From Chrysomallon squamiferum (lineage: Eukaryota; Animalia; Mollusca), in NCBI GenBank assembly GCA_012295275.1, contig CM022672.1:12214001-12278000 (forward strand): a stretch of DNA of 64,000 bases, in the 5' to 3' direction. The notes below the pieces were generated by a model. The model searched no databases, was not told the origin of the DNA, and saw nothing but the letters and a program-made list of their open reading frames with translations. Position numbers and translations under genes: made by a program. Shown piece after piece: positions 1 through 13,399 of this stretch (position 1 is the first letter of the stretch; every line of letters begins with the position of its first letter).

Positions 1-211
1 ATCTCAGTTACATTAATATTAAATTAGTGTTACACATGGCATTTATAATTATAATAACCATATTTATGACTGTTAACATAAATCATAATTTGACAGTCAT
101 TTAAGTTAAAATGCTCAGACCATTTCAAGCTCTAAATGAATGTAATATATATATATATACAGTGTTTTTGATATTTTAAATGATATGTTAAAGTGGTTAA
201 TTTTGTTTCAG

Positions 212-3200
212 TGTTTCATACAGACAGATGGAGTATGAGTGGTAAACACACTGAAGCTCTGTACAGTGACACTTTGTCCGAAAGGTACTCCTTTATCCAA
301 GTTTATTGTAAAACTGATAAAAGGCCTTCTATGTCACTGTTATTTTTTTTTTAAGAAGAAGTTGTCTTTTCTTTGATATAAATGCTGACTTTATTGCAAC
401 AGAAATTTTAATTTCTGTTATGTAATTTTAAAAAACTCCTTTGTTTGAAAAAGAATGGATAGCTGTGTTTATAATAAATATTTTTATCTGGACTCTAATA
501 ATTACACTGAATAAATGTAAAATGTTAATAATTTTAAAATAAAAAACCTAATCCACAGTCTTTTTACACTGACTTTTATTTCTTTTTAAAGGAAGAATGA
601 ATACAAACTCGAAAACCTGGTGGGTAAACCAGAATCGGGCCTCCATCTGATTTTAAGACACCTTACAAGAGATCACCATTTGTACCATCAGCTCAGAATA
701 CCAGTAAACCAGAAGTGAAGAAGTCCAAAGCTCCTATATTTTATCCTAAATCTGCCATAAAATGCATTCAGACAAGTAATAAACAGAAAATTTCAACATT
801 TGAAACTCCTTCAGGTCAAGCAGTAGATGGTGGGACAGAATGTTTTGCAGATGCCAGGCAGAAACAAGAGGAGATTATCAAAGCTAAAAAGAAACAGAAA
901 ATTCGTCCAGTTTGTGGAAGGTTGTCTGCATTGAAGTCAAACCATTCTAGATACAAGTATTCAGATCTGTCACTGCAAACTGATCTTTCTGTGTCACAGG
1001 TAGAATTTATGTTTAGAACTTTAAATTTGTCCTGCTTATTTTTTTATTACTGCACATAAAATATTAGCTTAAATATATGTACACATTTATAAGACAGCAG
1101 CAATAGATTAAAATAAATTTTTAAAAATGTAAATATATGTATTGTTTCTAGAAGAATTTATAAGTCCAGTTATTACAGAAATCTTGTTAGTTGTATTGCT
1201 AACTGTGTTCATTTTTCTTTAGACTTTTATTTTCTAAAGAAATGCCAGTTCACCACAATTATTTGAGTAACAAAATTGTTTAAGTTCACACTGAGTTACA
1301 TTATTATTATTTATTTTTCTTCTTTTATATGCAGAAGTGATAATTTTTGTTATTTTCACATTGAACATATTAAATTACTGGTTAAATAATCTGAAACTGA
1401 TCTTCTGTTATTTTCAAAATGTTCTTATGTATTTTAGATCTATAACCATTACCACAGAGAAATGATATAATTTCTATTCTTCTTTCCAGTTAACAAATTT
1501 TGGCATACATACTTCCACATTTAACATATCCAGCACAAATGCTCAGGATTATAGATTTGACATGAAACACTTCTATCCCAGCCTTCAATCACATGTCCTT
1601 GTTGGAGATGGTGCCTTTCTTGTTGCTGATGATAAAGGTTTTTCTGGACATGAAGAATTCTACAGGTCAGTCAAAAATTGTTTAAAAAAAACTTCGGAAA
1701 CAAAAAATTAAAAACCTAAAGAAATTCCAGAATTTTTTTTAAAGTGCTAGCATAATAATTATTCTGTTCAACCCTGATAACAAAAGTATATTGTTATTTA
1801 TCTTAAATGTGTGCATGTATGTATAAGTATATCTATGTTTATGATAATATATTCAGGTCGTTTTTTCATAACATATTTTGTTTGAGTAATATTTAGGTAA
1901 AATTTTAAATTTCTCTTTGAAATATAATAACTGATGTAAAATAATAAATGATATAATGAATTTAATATAAATTTGTGCAATATCTTAAATTTGGTGGTTC
2001 TGTTTAATACAAATCAGTTTGATTTCAGAGGTTTCTTAACCATTCAAGGAGTTGACCCATCTCTTGTGACAGAAGCATGGATTACCAACCACTACCGATG
2101 GATTGTGTGGAAGCTAGCCACTTACGAAATAGTTTTTCCCCTCCATTTTGGAGGAAGGTATTATCAAATAGAAATCTTTATTTATCTCTTCCTCTGTCTG
2201 AATCTGCATTCTTTGACATTTATTTTATAACATTATTTTTAGTATGAATAAATTATTATTTATTTTAATGTATGTCCAACAGCTTACTGCTAATGAATAT
2301 TTGATGTCAAACACTAATATATTTTGTTTTATTTGTAATTAGAAAGTCGGAGATGAACACTTATGTCACCTCTCTTACTGATTAATAGCAGAAGATACTT
2401 TTATCAATAGACAGAAAGCCCATAGTTTTTAATTCCATTAACCATCAAAGTATTTTTCCCTGACTAACTCATTTTTTTATTTAATATTACATCAAGTCCT
2501 TCATGTGCATCATGGTACAAAAATGACTATTATATTTTTTTTATTTTTAGATCTCTCACACCAGATTCAGTGATGTTTCAGCTAAAATACAGATATGACA
2601 GAGAAATAGACAATTGTCAAAGGTTTATTATTTATTATCATTCAGACTTAATAAGGAAAAATAGTTTTTGAAATAATGCTTAACATTTTGAATGTTGTTA
2701 ATACAATTCCCATAAAGAAAGTGTCCTTTTCCTCCCTCCCAGAAAAATGTTGAAAAATTTATAAAAAGGCTGGCTTTTATTTTCCATTTATTATTTTACT
2801 GTTTGTTGGATGGAGAGAGTGAGGTCATACAAAAAAAAAAAAACCCAAACCCATTTAAAAATCTTTTTAAAAATTTAAAAATTAAAATATCAGTTTAAAA
2901 ATTTACTTAATTATCCTTTTTTTGAGTAATCTTTAAATTAGTTTTTTTACTTATTTTATTTTCATATTTCACAAACCCGAGATTTTTTACTTTCTTTGAA
3001 ATAACAATGATAGTATGGTCTAAAAAAAACCTTTGCTTAGAAACTTTATTGTCTTATCAAAATTTTGTTTTATTTTCTCCTTCAATCCTTACTGCCTCAA
3101 TTCACTTATTGAAGTATATTATTAAGGATGACTGTTTTTCAGGTCTTGCTTGAAGAAAATAATGGAAAAGGATGACACAGCTTGTAAGAGAAATGATCCT

Positions 3201-6200
3201 GTGTGTAGCAGGAATATCATCTGTGACTCCAGAATCAAGTGGGACAAAGAAAAACATAAATGGTCCAGAGGTATACAGATATACAAAACTAACATTCTTT
3301 ATTAAAAAAACAAGACTTTGATATGTTTTTATTTATTGTTATTTTGAACATTTTGTCTTTGGTATATAATAATACATTTAAAAAACTAAATTAAAAAAGA
3401 GCCCTAAAAAAAAGTAAAATCCAAAAATCAAAAGAAAAACTAAGTTAAATAGATAAATAAATACATAAATAATAATAATAATAATAGTTTAAAAAATAAT
3501 AAATAAAATTTGAAAAAAAAGTGTTTCTTTTATTTTAAAAATCAACTGTATATTTTAATATATTTTTAATTATGAAGTTTTCTCTTTATTTGAAATTAAG
3601 CTTCTTTTCTTCTACAGGTTTTTCTAGAGCTGACAGACAGCTGGTATAGTATTAAAGGAAAAAATGGACGGTGCTTTGTTGGAGATGGTGGAAAAGAAAA
3701 CGAATAGTGGTGGGACAGAAACTGTGTATCAGTGGGGCAGAACTTGGAGGCAGTGAAGATGCCTGTTCACCACTTGAGGTCAGTTTGGATCTCTGATTCA
3801 GAGTTAACTGTTAATACTAAAAGATACTTTAGGTACAGAGAAGGTTAAAATCTTGACCATTATTTGTGGTCATTAAGGATACACATTAATATATTCGGTC
3901 AGTAATTAAAAGATTTTGTCATCAATATCAAAAACAGTTAATTTTTACTTGTCCTCCAATTTTATTTATGTCCTATTAAAAACTGATTATGAGATATTTT
4001 AAAATTTATTTATATATTTAATTATTTATTTATTATTATGGTTGTTGTTGTTGTTGTTAATATTTTTTCAGATGTTGTTAACTAAATAATATATTCTTTG
4101 AGCCCAAATGGATCTAAATTGTCTTCAGAAACATAATCACCACATTCAAAAATATTTCTAAAAAATCTAGGCACATTTTATTTATTTATTTTTGAAAACG
4201 CAAGCACTATTTATTTATTTATTTCTTTACTTTTTTTTAAAATCCAGGCACCAGCTTCTTTGTTTTTGAAGATGTCGATGAATTCCACTCGTCCTGCCTC
4301 CTGGGACAGTCGCCTTGGATACATGCGATTTCCGTGTCCACTCTGCGTGTCAATCTGCTCTCTGCATTGTAGTGGTGGCCTTGTTGGCTGCGTTGATGCT
4401 GTAGTCCAGAGAGTATATCCAGTGATGGTAAGTATTCAGTAAAGAAATACAAAAACAGTAAAATCGAAACATGCCCAAACATGTTCACGTATATGAATTT
4501 AGATTGTGAATTAAATTGATATATTTTTTTATCAAATGCATTCTAGATTCCTTTTGCTATGGGATTTTAAAACTATAAAAAAAATATAATGGTTTGTCTA
4601 TTTCAATATTATTATTAATTCTGTATAATTATATATCCATTTTAAAAAAGATGTTCAGTGTTTTTTTAATATAACCTGCATTATGCAGTTATTTCCTTCC
4701 TATTATAATTTAAATAAATGATTTTATTTTCATTCTGTAGTTTTGGAAACTAAATTACAAATGAATAACTCTTTGTTGTGCTGCTGGACAAAAATATTTG
4801 ATTCAGTTCTTGTAGCTGAATCATAGAAAGTGTTAAAATTTTTCCATTTAAAGAAAACACTTTGTGTGTGTGTGGGTGTGTGTGAGAGTGAATTAGAGTG
4901 TGAGTTTGTGTGTGTGTGTATGTGTGTGTTTGTGTTTTTCTGTATAGACTGATACATGGTACCTGTTATTTGCGTTTTCAGTACATGGAAAAGAAAAGTG
5001 ATGGTTCGACAACATTTCGGACGGCAGAGGCTGAGGAGAGAATTCAGCGTCAGTTTGAACAGATAAAGCAAGTCAAGATGGAGAAACTCTATGACAAGAT
5101 ACAGGCAAAGTTTGAAAAAGAAGAAATTCAAGGCAGGTCAACGTGATTTTTATGTTAACTGGGAACTTCTTTTAAAGTTATTTGTTTAAATGAAAATTTG
5201 TTTGATTAATTTATTTGATTTCAGTAATATCCATTGCCTAACCTATAACATTATTTCTTGCAGTAAACAGAAAACCTGGAAGAAAATTACGAAGACAAGA
5301 TGTTGAAAGACTGCAGTCAGGACTTGAAATATTTGAGGCAGTTGAAAGCTCACTTAACCCTGAAGAATTACATGTATGTACATCTAGGTTGTACTTTATT
5401 TCAAATTTGAGAACAATGATGGTGTTGTTAGTTTACATTTGTTAAAAATTAGAAAAAAAACAAAAAAACAAAAAAACTTACTGGTCATGTTACATGCTTG
5501 TCTTATAAAGAAGTAAAACAGCTGGTTTAATACAGGTGAGCTATGTGCAACAGAGGCATTCAGATGTAAACTTGCTGGAATATAATCATGTTGATTTTTA
5601 TTTTGTTTGTTAACTGTAGAAATCTGTAAGAGGCTGAATAGCAGAAGTTCAGAGAAGCGTTAGAACACCTTGGCACCTACAAATTCCACATCATAGTTCT
5701 GTACTGAAAGGTGTATATAAAAAAAAAAAAATGAATTTTGATGAAAAACTTTGATTTACCAGATGATTTATCTAACGTTATATTCTTAAATAACTGATGT
5801 AATTTCTTTTTGCTTTCTTCTAGAGCTGGCTGAGTGCAGAGCAACAGCATCTGATGGAGGAACACCAGCGTCGATGCAGGGAACAGATACAACAGCAGCT
5901 GCAAGCTGATTTTCAGAAAGCTTGGGAAGAGCTACCTGGGGTGTGTGTCCTCTCCTCTTTATTCATTTACTGTCAGATAACAGGCATCAATCCATGCTCG
6001 TTATTTAAGCCTAACAAACATCTTTCTATAATTTTCAGGCTTAAATCATAGGCATCTATATAGTTATTTAAGTGAATAAACATGTGTTAATAAATGGATG
6101 AATAAACAACAGCAAACTAGATAAGAATATTTCAGGTTTTTAGGTGCTTTATTAATGAAAAGCACATGGAATAATTGAAACTAATACCCATTACTTAAGT

Positions 6201-9200
6201 AAATGTTCTAACACTTTTTATTGTTGTGAAAAAAACAAATGTAGTTAAGCAAAAACTCAGTTAAGAAAAAACAAAAACTGAATTTAAAAAAAGAAGATTT
6301 TGATAACTGCTTAATAATAAATAATATTAAAATCAACAGTTAATTTTAATTAAAACCATTTAATGTTAAAGTTTAACATGCAAGTATAGATCAACATTAT
6401 ATATATCTATATGTTTTTGTTTTTGGAATCAACTGAATCTGCTTTTCTAACATAGTGAAGTCTTTACTGATAAATAAGACAAATAATAGTCTAGTCTATA
6501 CAAAACTGAGAAGTGAGTAAAAAGCAAAACAACATTTCTATCAAATTAATTATAAATATATATATATATATATATATATTTTAACATTTTTCCTTTTTAA
6601 GGATGACAAAGAGAGAAAAGTTACACCTGTATTGAAGATTCGAATTGTTGGATGTTCAAAACCAGACATAGATTCAAAAACAAGTGAGAATGTTTACGTT
6701 TATATTTTCTACAGATATTAATAAGGATGATAAAATATTTTGTGTCCATATTGAAATGTATAGATTTTTATTTCTTTTTCAATACTAAATTATAACTTTG
6801 ATTGAGTTTATACGGTCAAATTTGTTTTGGAGTGGTGTTGGAAATAATTTATTATTTGTTTTGTGTTAGGGTGCTGAAAATAAACAGACAACAACATTTT
6901 TTCTAGACCTCTATTTTAGAAATCTTGACTTTTTTTGGTTTTTAAATATTTTTTATTTATTTATGAAAATTTTAAATCCATTTTTTATTTTTTTCAATTC
7001 AGCTACACTAGTGACCATTTGGAGACCAACTCCAGACTGGATGGACTTGAAGGAAGGGAAAAGATACAAATTTTATAGCCTAACTTCATCATCTGCAAAG
7101 TAACTAATATATTTGTCCTGAAATTTCAAATAACTACTATTTACTATTTTATTAAACTGACAAAAATACGGGATCATATTCTGATACATTTTAATATAAG
7201 GAAAACAATTTCAAAATCAGTTCATTTTAATTTTTTATTTACTTTTTAAAAACACTTGATTGTTAATCATTCTTGTTTGTCTCTCTCCATAAGGAAAGTG
7301 ACTACATAAGCACTGTATTTTAAATAGTGTTGTTTTCACAGTGATATATTTTCTGTTTTAGAAGTCGATTACACAGTTACAGTGTTCACCTGACAGCAAG
7401 TAGACAGAGCTGTGTCAAGGAACAGAAAATTGATGAAAACTATCTCGATCTCATCTATGAACCAAGAGAGGTAAACATAACAATTTTTAACCCCCCAAAA
7501 TGATTGCAAACATGTACATAAACCAGTTAATATAAATGTATATTAGAAACAGTTTATATTGAGTGCTTTATTAGTTCATAATATTATATTTCTTTGGATG
7601 GATAATCGTAAATGTACTCAAAATATCTGAACATTATGGAATGCGAGTAAAATTAAAAAATAAATAAATTATGACATAAAGAGAAAATAACAGTAATAAC
7701 TACACAGAATATTGTTTTAAAAGTATGAAAAACTAAAAGTAAGCTTTTTCTGCTTCCTTCACGTTTAATTTGAAAAGGGAGACTTCAGATTTCATTTGTA
7801 CAAAAACTGTAGAAAAGCTTTTCAATGGTGTCTTACTTTAACAGATGTGGAAAGTGCGAGATCTGTGTCGTCGAGCTCCACCCAACAACGAGTTTGATTT
7901 CGTTGGTGTCGTCGTGGAAATTTCCTCAGACAGGTCAGTAAGAGTTGAATTCCTAATATTTTCAAGTTTGAATATTGAATCTTACAATCATATTTTAAAG
8001 TTTCATTCTAAACCATTACAAAATATTAACTTTCTCAGAAAAAACAAAAACAAAAATAACCAGTATAACAAACAGTCAACTGAGAGAATTTTTTAAAATA
8101 ATGTGTTATTTTTTAAATGTTTTTATGAGAAACTAAAATAATATTGTTAAATACCTTACATGTCCTATTAAACTTTAGAAAAAAGATGAAATACCTGGCT
8201 TTAAATAAATATCATATTTAAAATACTGAATTGATGGTTGTAAATTTTTTTGTATCCAGTGATAAAAGGTTGAACACAGTATATTCTGCAGATGTAGATG
8301 GAGATATCATTGCAGTAAGGTTCTGGGGTGGCATTCAGGTGAAATTTACATATTACTTTTATTTACTTAAGTTACGTAAGTTTTTACATACCTCATACAT
8401 TACATAATAAAAGGATAATAACTTAGAAAAATAACTTTGTCATTTGATGTGTTTATATTTTTTATTGTATAAATAATTTTCTAATAGGTTAAAAATGAGA
8501 TGCTATAAAAATTTGGGGTACCAATTAAGGAGCTAATTTAATATTTATGAAGTTTATTATTGTTAAATTCATAATTTTTCACAATGTTGAAAATACATGT
8601 TATATTCACAGAGTTTTGGTTTAAGTGATATTCTGCAAGATGGCAAGGTGTTTGTTGCTAAGAATTTAGTGTTGAAATGGTCTCATAGTGTTGGTGTTGT
8701 GACAGTTGATGCCTATATGGAGGTGAGTCACTTCAGCCACACCAGCAATTCTCAAGAACAAAGGAAACACCTGGAGAAATTGAAAAATATTATACAGGTG
8801 AGATAGCATAATGATGAAAATGGTGTATTTATATTTATGCATTATCCTTCAAAGGGCGTTGAATTGCAGCCAGAGTGTACATAAAGTTCAGTTCAGTTCA
8901 GAAAACAGTCACCATTTATTTGAAGGCTTCAGAACTGACATTGTGACTCTTGGAGTCTAGTTTAGAATGAAAATAGTTTTGAGATAATTAGTGTAGAAGG
9001 TATTAAAGTGTATTAAACAAAATTGTAAATTTAATAAAGTGTACTAGGTATAGTCAAATGTGACATATATTATCAACAGTTACTTTCTTCTTCAGGATTC
9101 GAACACTGTGGTTCTCAGATTTTCATTTTTTAGTTTCATTCAAAAAAAGTAACTGCTAAATATTATTTTGATATTTAATGAAACCATAATTTAATAAATC

Positions 9201-9305
9201 AAGCACATGCTATTAAAATTCTAAATTGCTGAATTATCATAATTATTATAACCTTTTTAAACACTTTGATATATATTTAAGCCATTAGAAATCATATTTT
9301 CAAAA

Positions 9306-9349
<44 letters not shown>

Positions 9350-9363
9350 CAGAAGAAGAAGAA

Positions 9364-9394
<31 letters not shown>

Positions 9395-10361
9395 GTTATT
9401 ATTATTACATTTTATAATGGTGTTTCAGAATTTTAAATATATTTTCCTTCTTTAAGGTTGAAAAGGAGAATTTCTTGCAAACAGCTAAAACCAGATTATC
9501 CAATCTCCAAAGACTAAGACCTGTGTTTCATTCTGAAAGTAAACTACCAACAGCAACAGCAGAGTGTAATCAGAAACAGCTTTCAAAACAATGCTTACGG
9601 GAAAAGTCCGATGCAGTATGCTAATTGTTTTCTTTTTATTTCTTCTTCATTAATGGAATTAAATTTTTGTCTCAAAACAATGATGTATAGAAAAATTTAA
9701 AATATTTGATGATTACCATTAAAAAAAGAAAAAAGAATAATACTTATAATAAAAATAATAACTAAAAAGTAAACTAAAGGAATTTAATTGTTAGAATATT
9801 AAAATTAAAATAAGAAAGCATAATTAAGATTTCTCCTAGTCTGTCAACAGATACATTATTTTATATTGATCATCATTATAACACTTGTAGGTTATTTGAT
9901 TTCAGATAATTGATTGCAAAAAACCTCCAACATCAAACCATAACTTAAAAACATGGAATAATTATAGTTGTCATACATTAATATAAAAAAATTGTTTAAT
10001 TTTTTGTTATTTTTAATTATATTGCATATGTATATACAGTTTGTGTTTTTCTAGTAATAAAATATTAAAGTCTTTTATTTGTAACGAATTCTGTAACTTT
10101 ACATCTTCGCAGGAATTTCTAGACAATCTTCCACCAGACTGTGTTCAGAGTCTGTTCTCACCAATGGATGAAAGTTTTAACTCTCAGAGAGATATAGGTT
10201 CTACATCATCAGATGAGAACTTGATCAAGAAACAAAAAGAAGCCGTTCACAACAAGATGGCCAAACTTCTGTTGTACAGTTCTCCTAAACCTCTCTCCCC
10301 TCTCAGTTCAGGTGTGTCACCAGCAGCCTTCAAGAAGTTTAAATCACCACTAAATCATTAG
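212..10361 (+). CDS. BRCA2: BRCA2 ortholog, 3' portion (5' exons with BRC repeats lie upstream of the window)
   Basis: Hand-spliced exons: 212-284 (tentative), 592-999, 1490-1665, 2029-2157, 2551-2622, 3143-3270, 3618-3778, 4248-4427, 4982-5132/5136, 5264/5271-5373, 5824-5940, 6602-6683, 7003-7099, 7362-7470, 7845-7933, 8260-8338, 8612-8797, 9457-9615, 10113-10361 (TAG). Diagnostic BRCA2 motifs: GVDPSLVTEAWITNHYRWIVWKLA, QLKYRYDREID, LKKIMEKDD, LELTDSWY, GQKLCISGAEL, NSTRPASWDSRLG, GGLVGCVDAVVQRVYP, VTIWRP, LKEGKRY, EFDFVGVVV, and C-terminal VSPAAFKKFKSP. Apparent frame breaks in exons 592-999, 3143-3270 and 3618-3778. Confidence 0.96.
9306..9408. repeat. Inverted microsatellite (AAT)n - GAA spacer - (ATT)n
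   Basis: GTAAT(AAT)n at 9306-9349, a short cagaagaagaagaat spacer, then (ATT)n...ATTAC at 9365-9408; lies in a BRCA2 intron. Confidence 0.85.
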
Positions 10362-11409
10362 AAAAACCCGTCATAGGTGTCATAAAGATAACCTTAATGT
10401 TCGTTAATACTATGCAAGACCTTTAATAGGTGTTCAAAAATATTTTTAATATTAGACAAACTTATGAATTTTTAGCATTTACTATAAATTTGTCTTTATC
10501 AAATTATATCAATATAGCTTTATTAACAGATAAGTATAAATAGTGCGTTTATTGTTTTATTCTTTTTTTTTTATCGTATTGTACTTTTTCTTTATCAAGA
10601 TTGTATGAATATTTATTTATCAGATACAATCAGTATAATGTTTTCTTTATGATGAGTAGATGTATTTTTTTCTTACCAAACTGGATCACACTGAAAACAT
10701 AGCAGGTTCACTTTTCATGAATTATATACTGCCTTAATATTTTGTTGAATTTTGTTATTGATGTCTCTGAAAGTTTAATAAACTATTGTTATATCTAATG
10801 GAGTTAAATGTTTTTTTTTGTTTAACAACCCAGTGATTACTTTTCTATCAGTATCTACTGATGTGAAAAATACCTGATACTTAAATGTGAAAAAAAAAAA
10901 AACATCAGTTATATCCCAAAACTTGGACCATAAGTGACTTGCCATGTTAGAACTGTATATCTGCATTTACATATTTTTTGTATTGTTTGCTTTATTAATA
11001 GAAAAAAAAGAAGTGAAGTCTACAAAAACTACTTAAATTTCATTCAGATCAAGGTTTAAAGTAATATCTTTTTACATTGTAAACATAGTTATTAATTTTT
11101 TTTTTTTTACTAATATTTACCTTATCGAAATAAAACAATGAGAAGTATTTTTAATTTCTTATGCTTAAAGGATTAATTACAATTTATAGTTCACTGACGC
11201 CGAAATCTATCAAAAGTATAACATTGTATAAGTTAATATTCTGATAAAGTATATATGTTTTTACAAAAAACAGTAGCAAAAACAACAATAATAAATTATA
11301 TAAATAATGTATTGCCTGTATTGTATTTTGCTACGTAACTATATCTACTATGTTTAAATATTGGATTAAATTCAGAATAATGATGTAATCTTTCCCCAGG
11401 ATTAAAATG

Positions 11410-11570
11410 TTACCGGTGCATCTGACTGGCACTACACCGGGAGTACGTGTTATGTCTATAGGCTATGAACTTTTGTTTGGAAATATGTCAAAGTTTTACA
11501 TAAACAGTCGACTACGTGATAATGAGCTTTACATTTCTGGTAACATGTAAGATATGTGAAGCACCAAAAG
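11410..11570 (+). promoter_or_regulatory. Probable promoter and non-coding first exon of the P450 gene
   Basis: Locally CpG-enriched stretch ending at a donor (aaaag|gtaaac, GT at 11571). The first coding exon is preceded by a splice acceptor (ttttag at 12754), which implies an upstream UTR exon. The start position is approximate. Confidence 0.35.
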
Positions 11571-12771
11571 GTAAACTTTCAAGTGTTAGTACTATTATAG
11601 TTACAAGAACGGCATTCGCGTGCATTAACTAATACTATAGACTATAGTATAATAGTAATAGTAATAGTAATAATGTATTAGTAATAACTAATGCCTTCCT
11701 TTAGTAAATCATTTGTTAGTGTTTTATTTTAGATCTGTCACAGTGAGATTAAAATGCCTTTCGGTAATAAATCATTTTTAAAAACTGTCAGCTTTTAAAT
11801 TTACTGATATTCAGTTTTGTGAAATGAGAAACTATCGTTCGTAAAAATAAACGCGCCTCATTATGTCATCGGATGAACTTTGAATTATCAGTATTTAGAC
11901 AAAGGCAAAAATGTGAACAGTTATTGAAAAACTATCGAGCAAAAAACCTTTTTTTTTTTTTTTTTTTTTTTTGTTTTTTTACCTGTAACTGGTAAAAATT
12001 TATTACTGTGGCAAAGTAACGCGACATATTTTACAAAGGAGGAACGAAACTAGCATTGTTATTCTTGACGCGATACCGGAACAACAACAACAACAATTAA
12101 AAAAAAAAAAAAAAAATAAATAAATAAATAATAAATAAATAAATATATAAATAAAAATTAATAAAAGAGTATATTTAAGACTGTTATAAAAGATCTAAAC
12201 TTTTATCTTAATAAATAACTTGATTTTGTTTAAAAAATTAGAGTCAGTATCTTTGTTTCTAAAAATAGTAATGTCAAAAGTTAGCTGGAGTTTATTTATG
12301 TGACGAGAAGGTAAACAATATCTGATGTCTGTGATCAGCTCACACGACCTCATGTATTTCCCGGCTGTTTTACGTTTCATAAAACTACCAACTTATTTTG
12401 TTACCCATGTAAAAAATAATATGTTTAAAACAATATAAAACAAGTAAAATTATAAAAATAAATAAAATATGTAAAATTAATAAATGAAATAAAACATTTG
12501 ACATGAATACAAATTCATTATTATTATTATTATTTTTTTTAATTTAATTGTTATTATTATTATTAACTCCATTTATTCTTGAAATAAAGTAAATGAAAAA
12601 CAAATATGATTAAATTAAGAAAGAAATATGTTTTATTCTTAAAACCAGTATTGGTGAGATATTGTTTCTATTGTTCACATAGTTGGCAAAATGGGTTTTC
12701 AAATATTAAAAACCATAAAAACTATATATTATTATTATATATATATTTTTTTAGAACAATAACTTCACACA

Positions 12772-13363
12772 ATGGGTTCTGCATTGTCCACATTTCTTGA
12801 CTTGTATGACAAAGGAAAGACAGAAGTGAAATGGAAAGATGTTGCAGTGTTTACTGGTATCCTGGCATTAACCTGGTATCTTTACAAAATACTCGTAAAA
12901 CCTTTCACATCACCCCTAAGAAAGGTAGACTTCCTACATTAATTAACAGTATTTAATTTGTATAAATTTAAATCTTAGTGGTAAAAATTAAAATTAAAAA
13001 TAAAATACTTTGTGTATATTGAATTTATGTGTACAAACAAGTAGTCTAAATATGTTGTGTATGCTTCCATAAGATTAAGCATGTTTGTAATATAAAAAAA
13101 AAAAAAAAACAACAACCCTCCCCCAGAACTTTGCAAAAATGTATTATATGTTTATTTACTGATTAATCTTTACATTTTTATACAGCATGAAAGATGAAAG
13201 TGTTTTGGGATTGTAAGCAAAATTAGCTTTCTCTAAATGTTTTTATTTTAATTTTATTTTTAGTAATATATTAAAAATAATAATAATAACAAAAAACCCC
13301 AAATATTCTTGAATTTTATTTTTCTGTAGCAGATTAAAATGTTAAGGTCTAATTAATAATTTT

Positions 13364-13399
<36 letters not shown>

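Noticed and set aside
11632-11650. Palindrome atactatag-a-ctatagtat
   Set aside because: Short and AT-rich within low-complexity (TAG/TAA) sequence; expected by chance.
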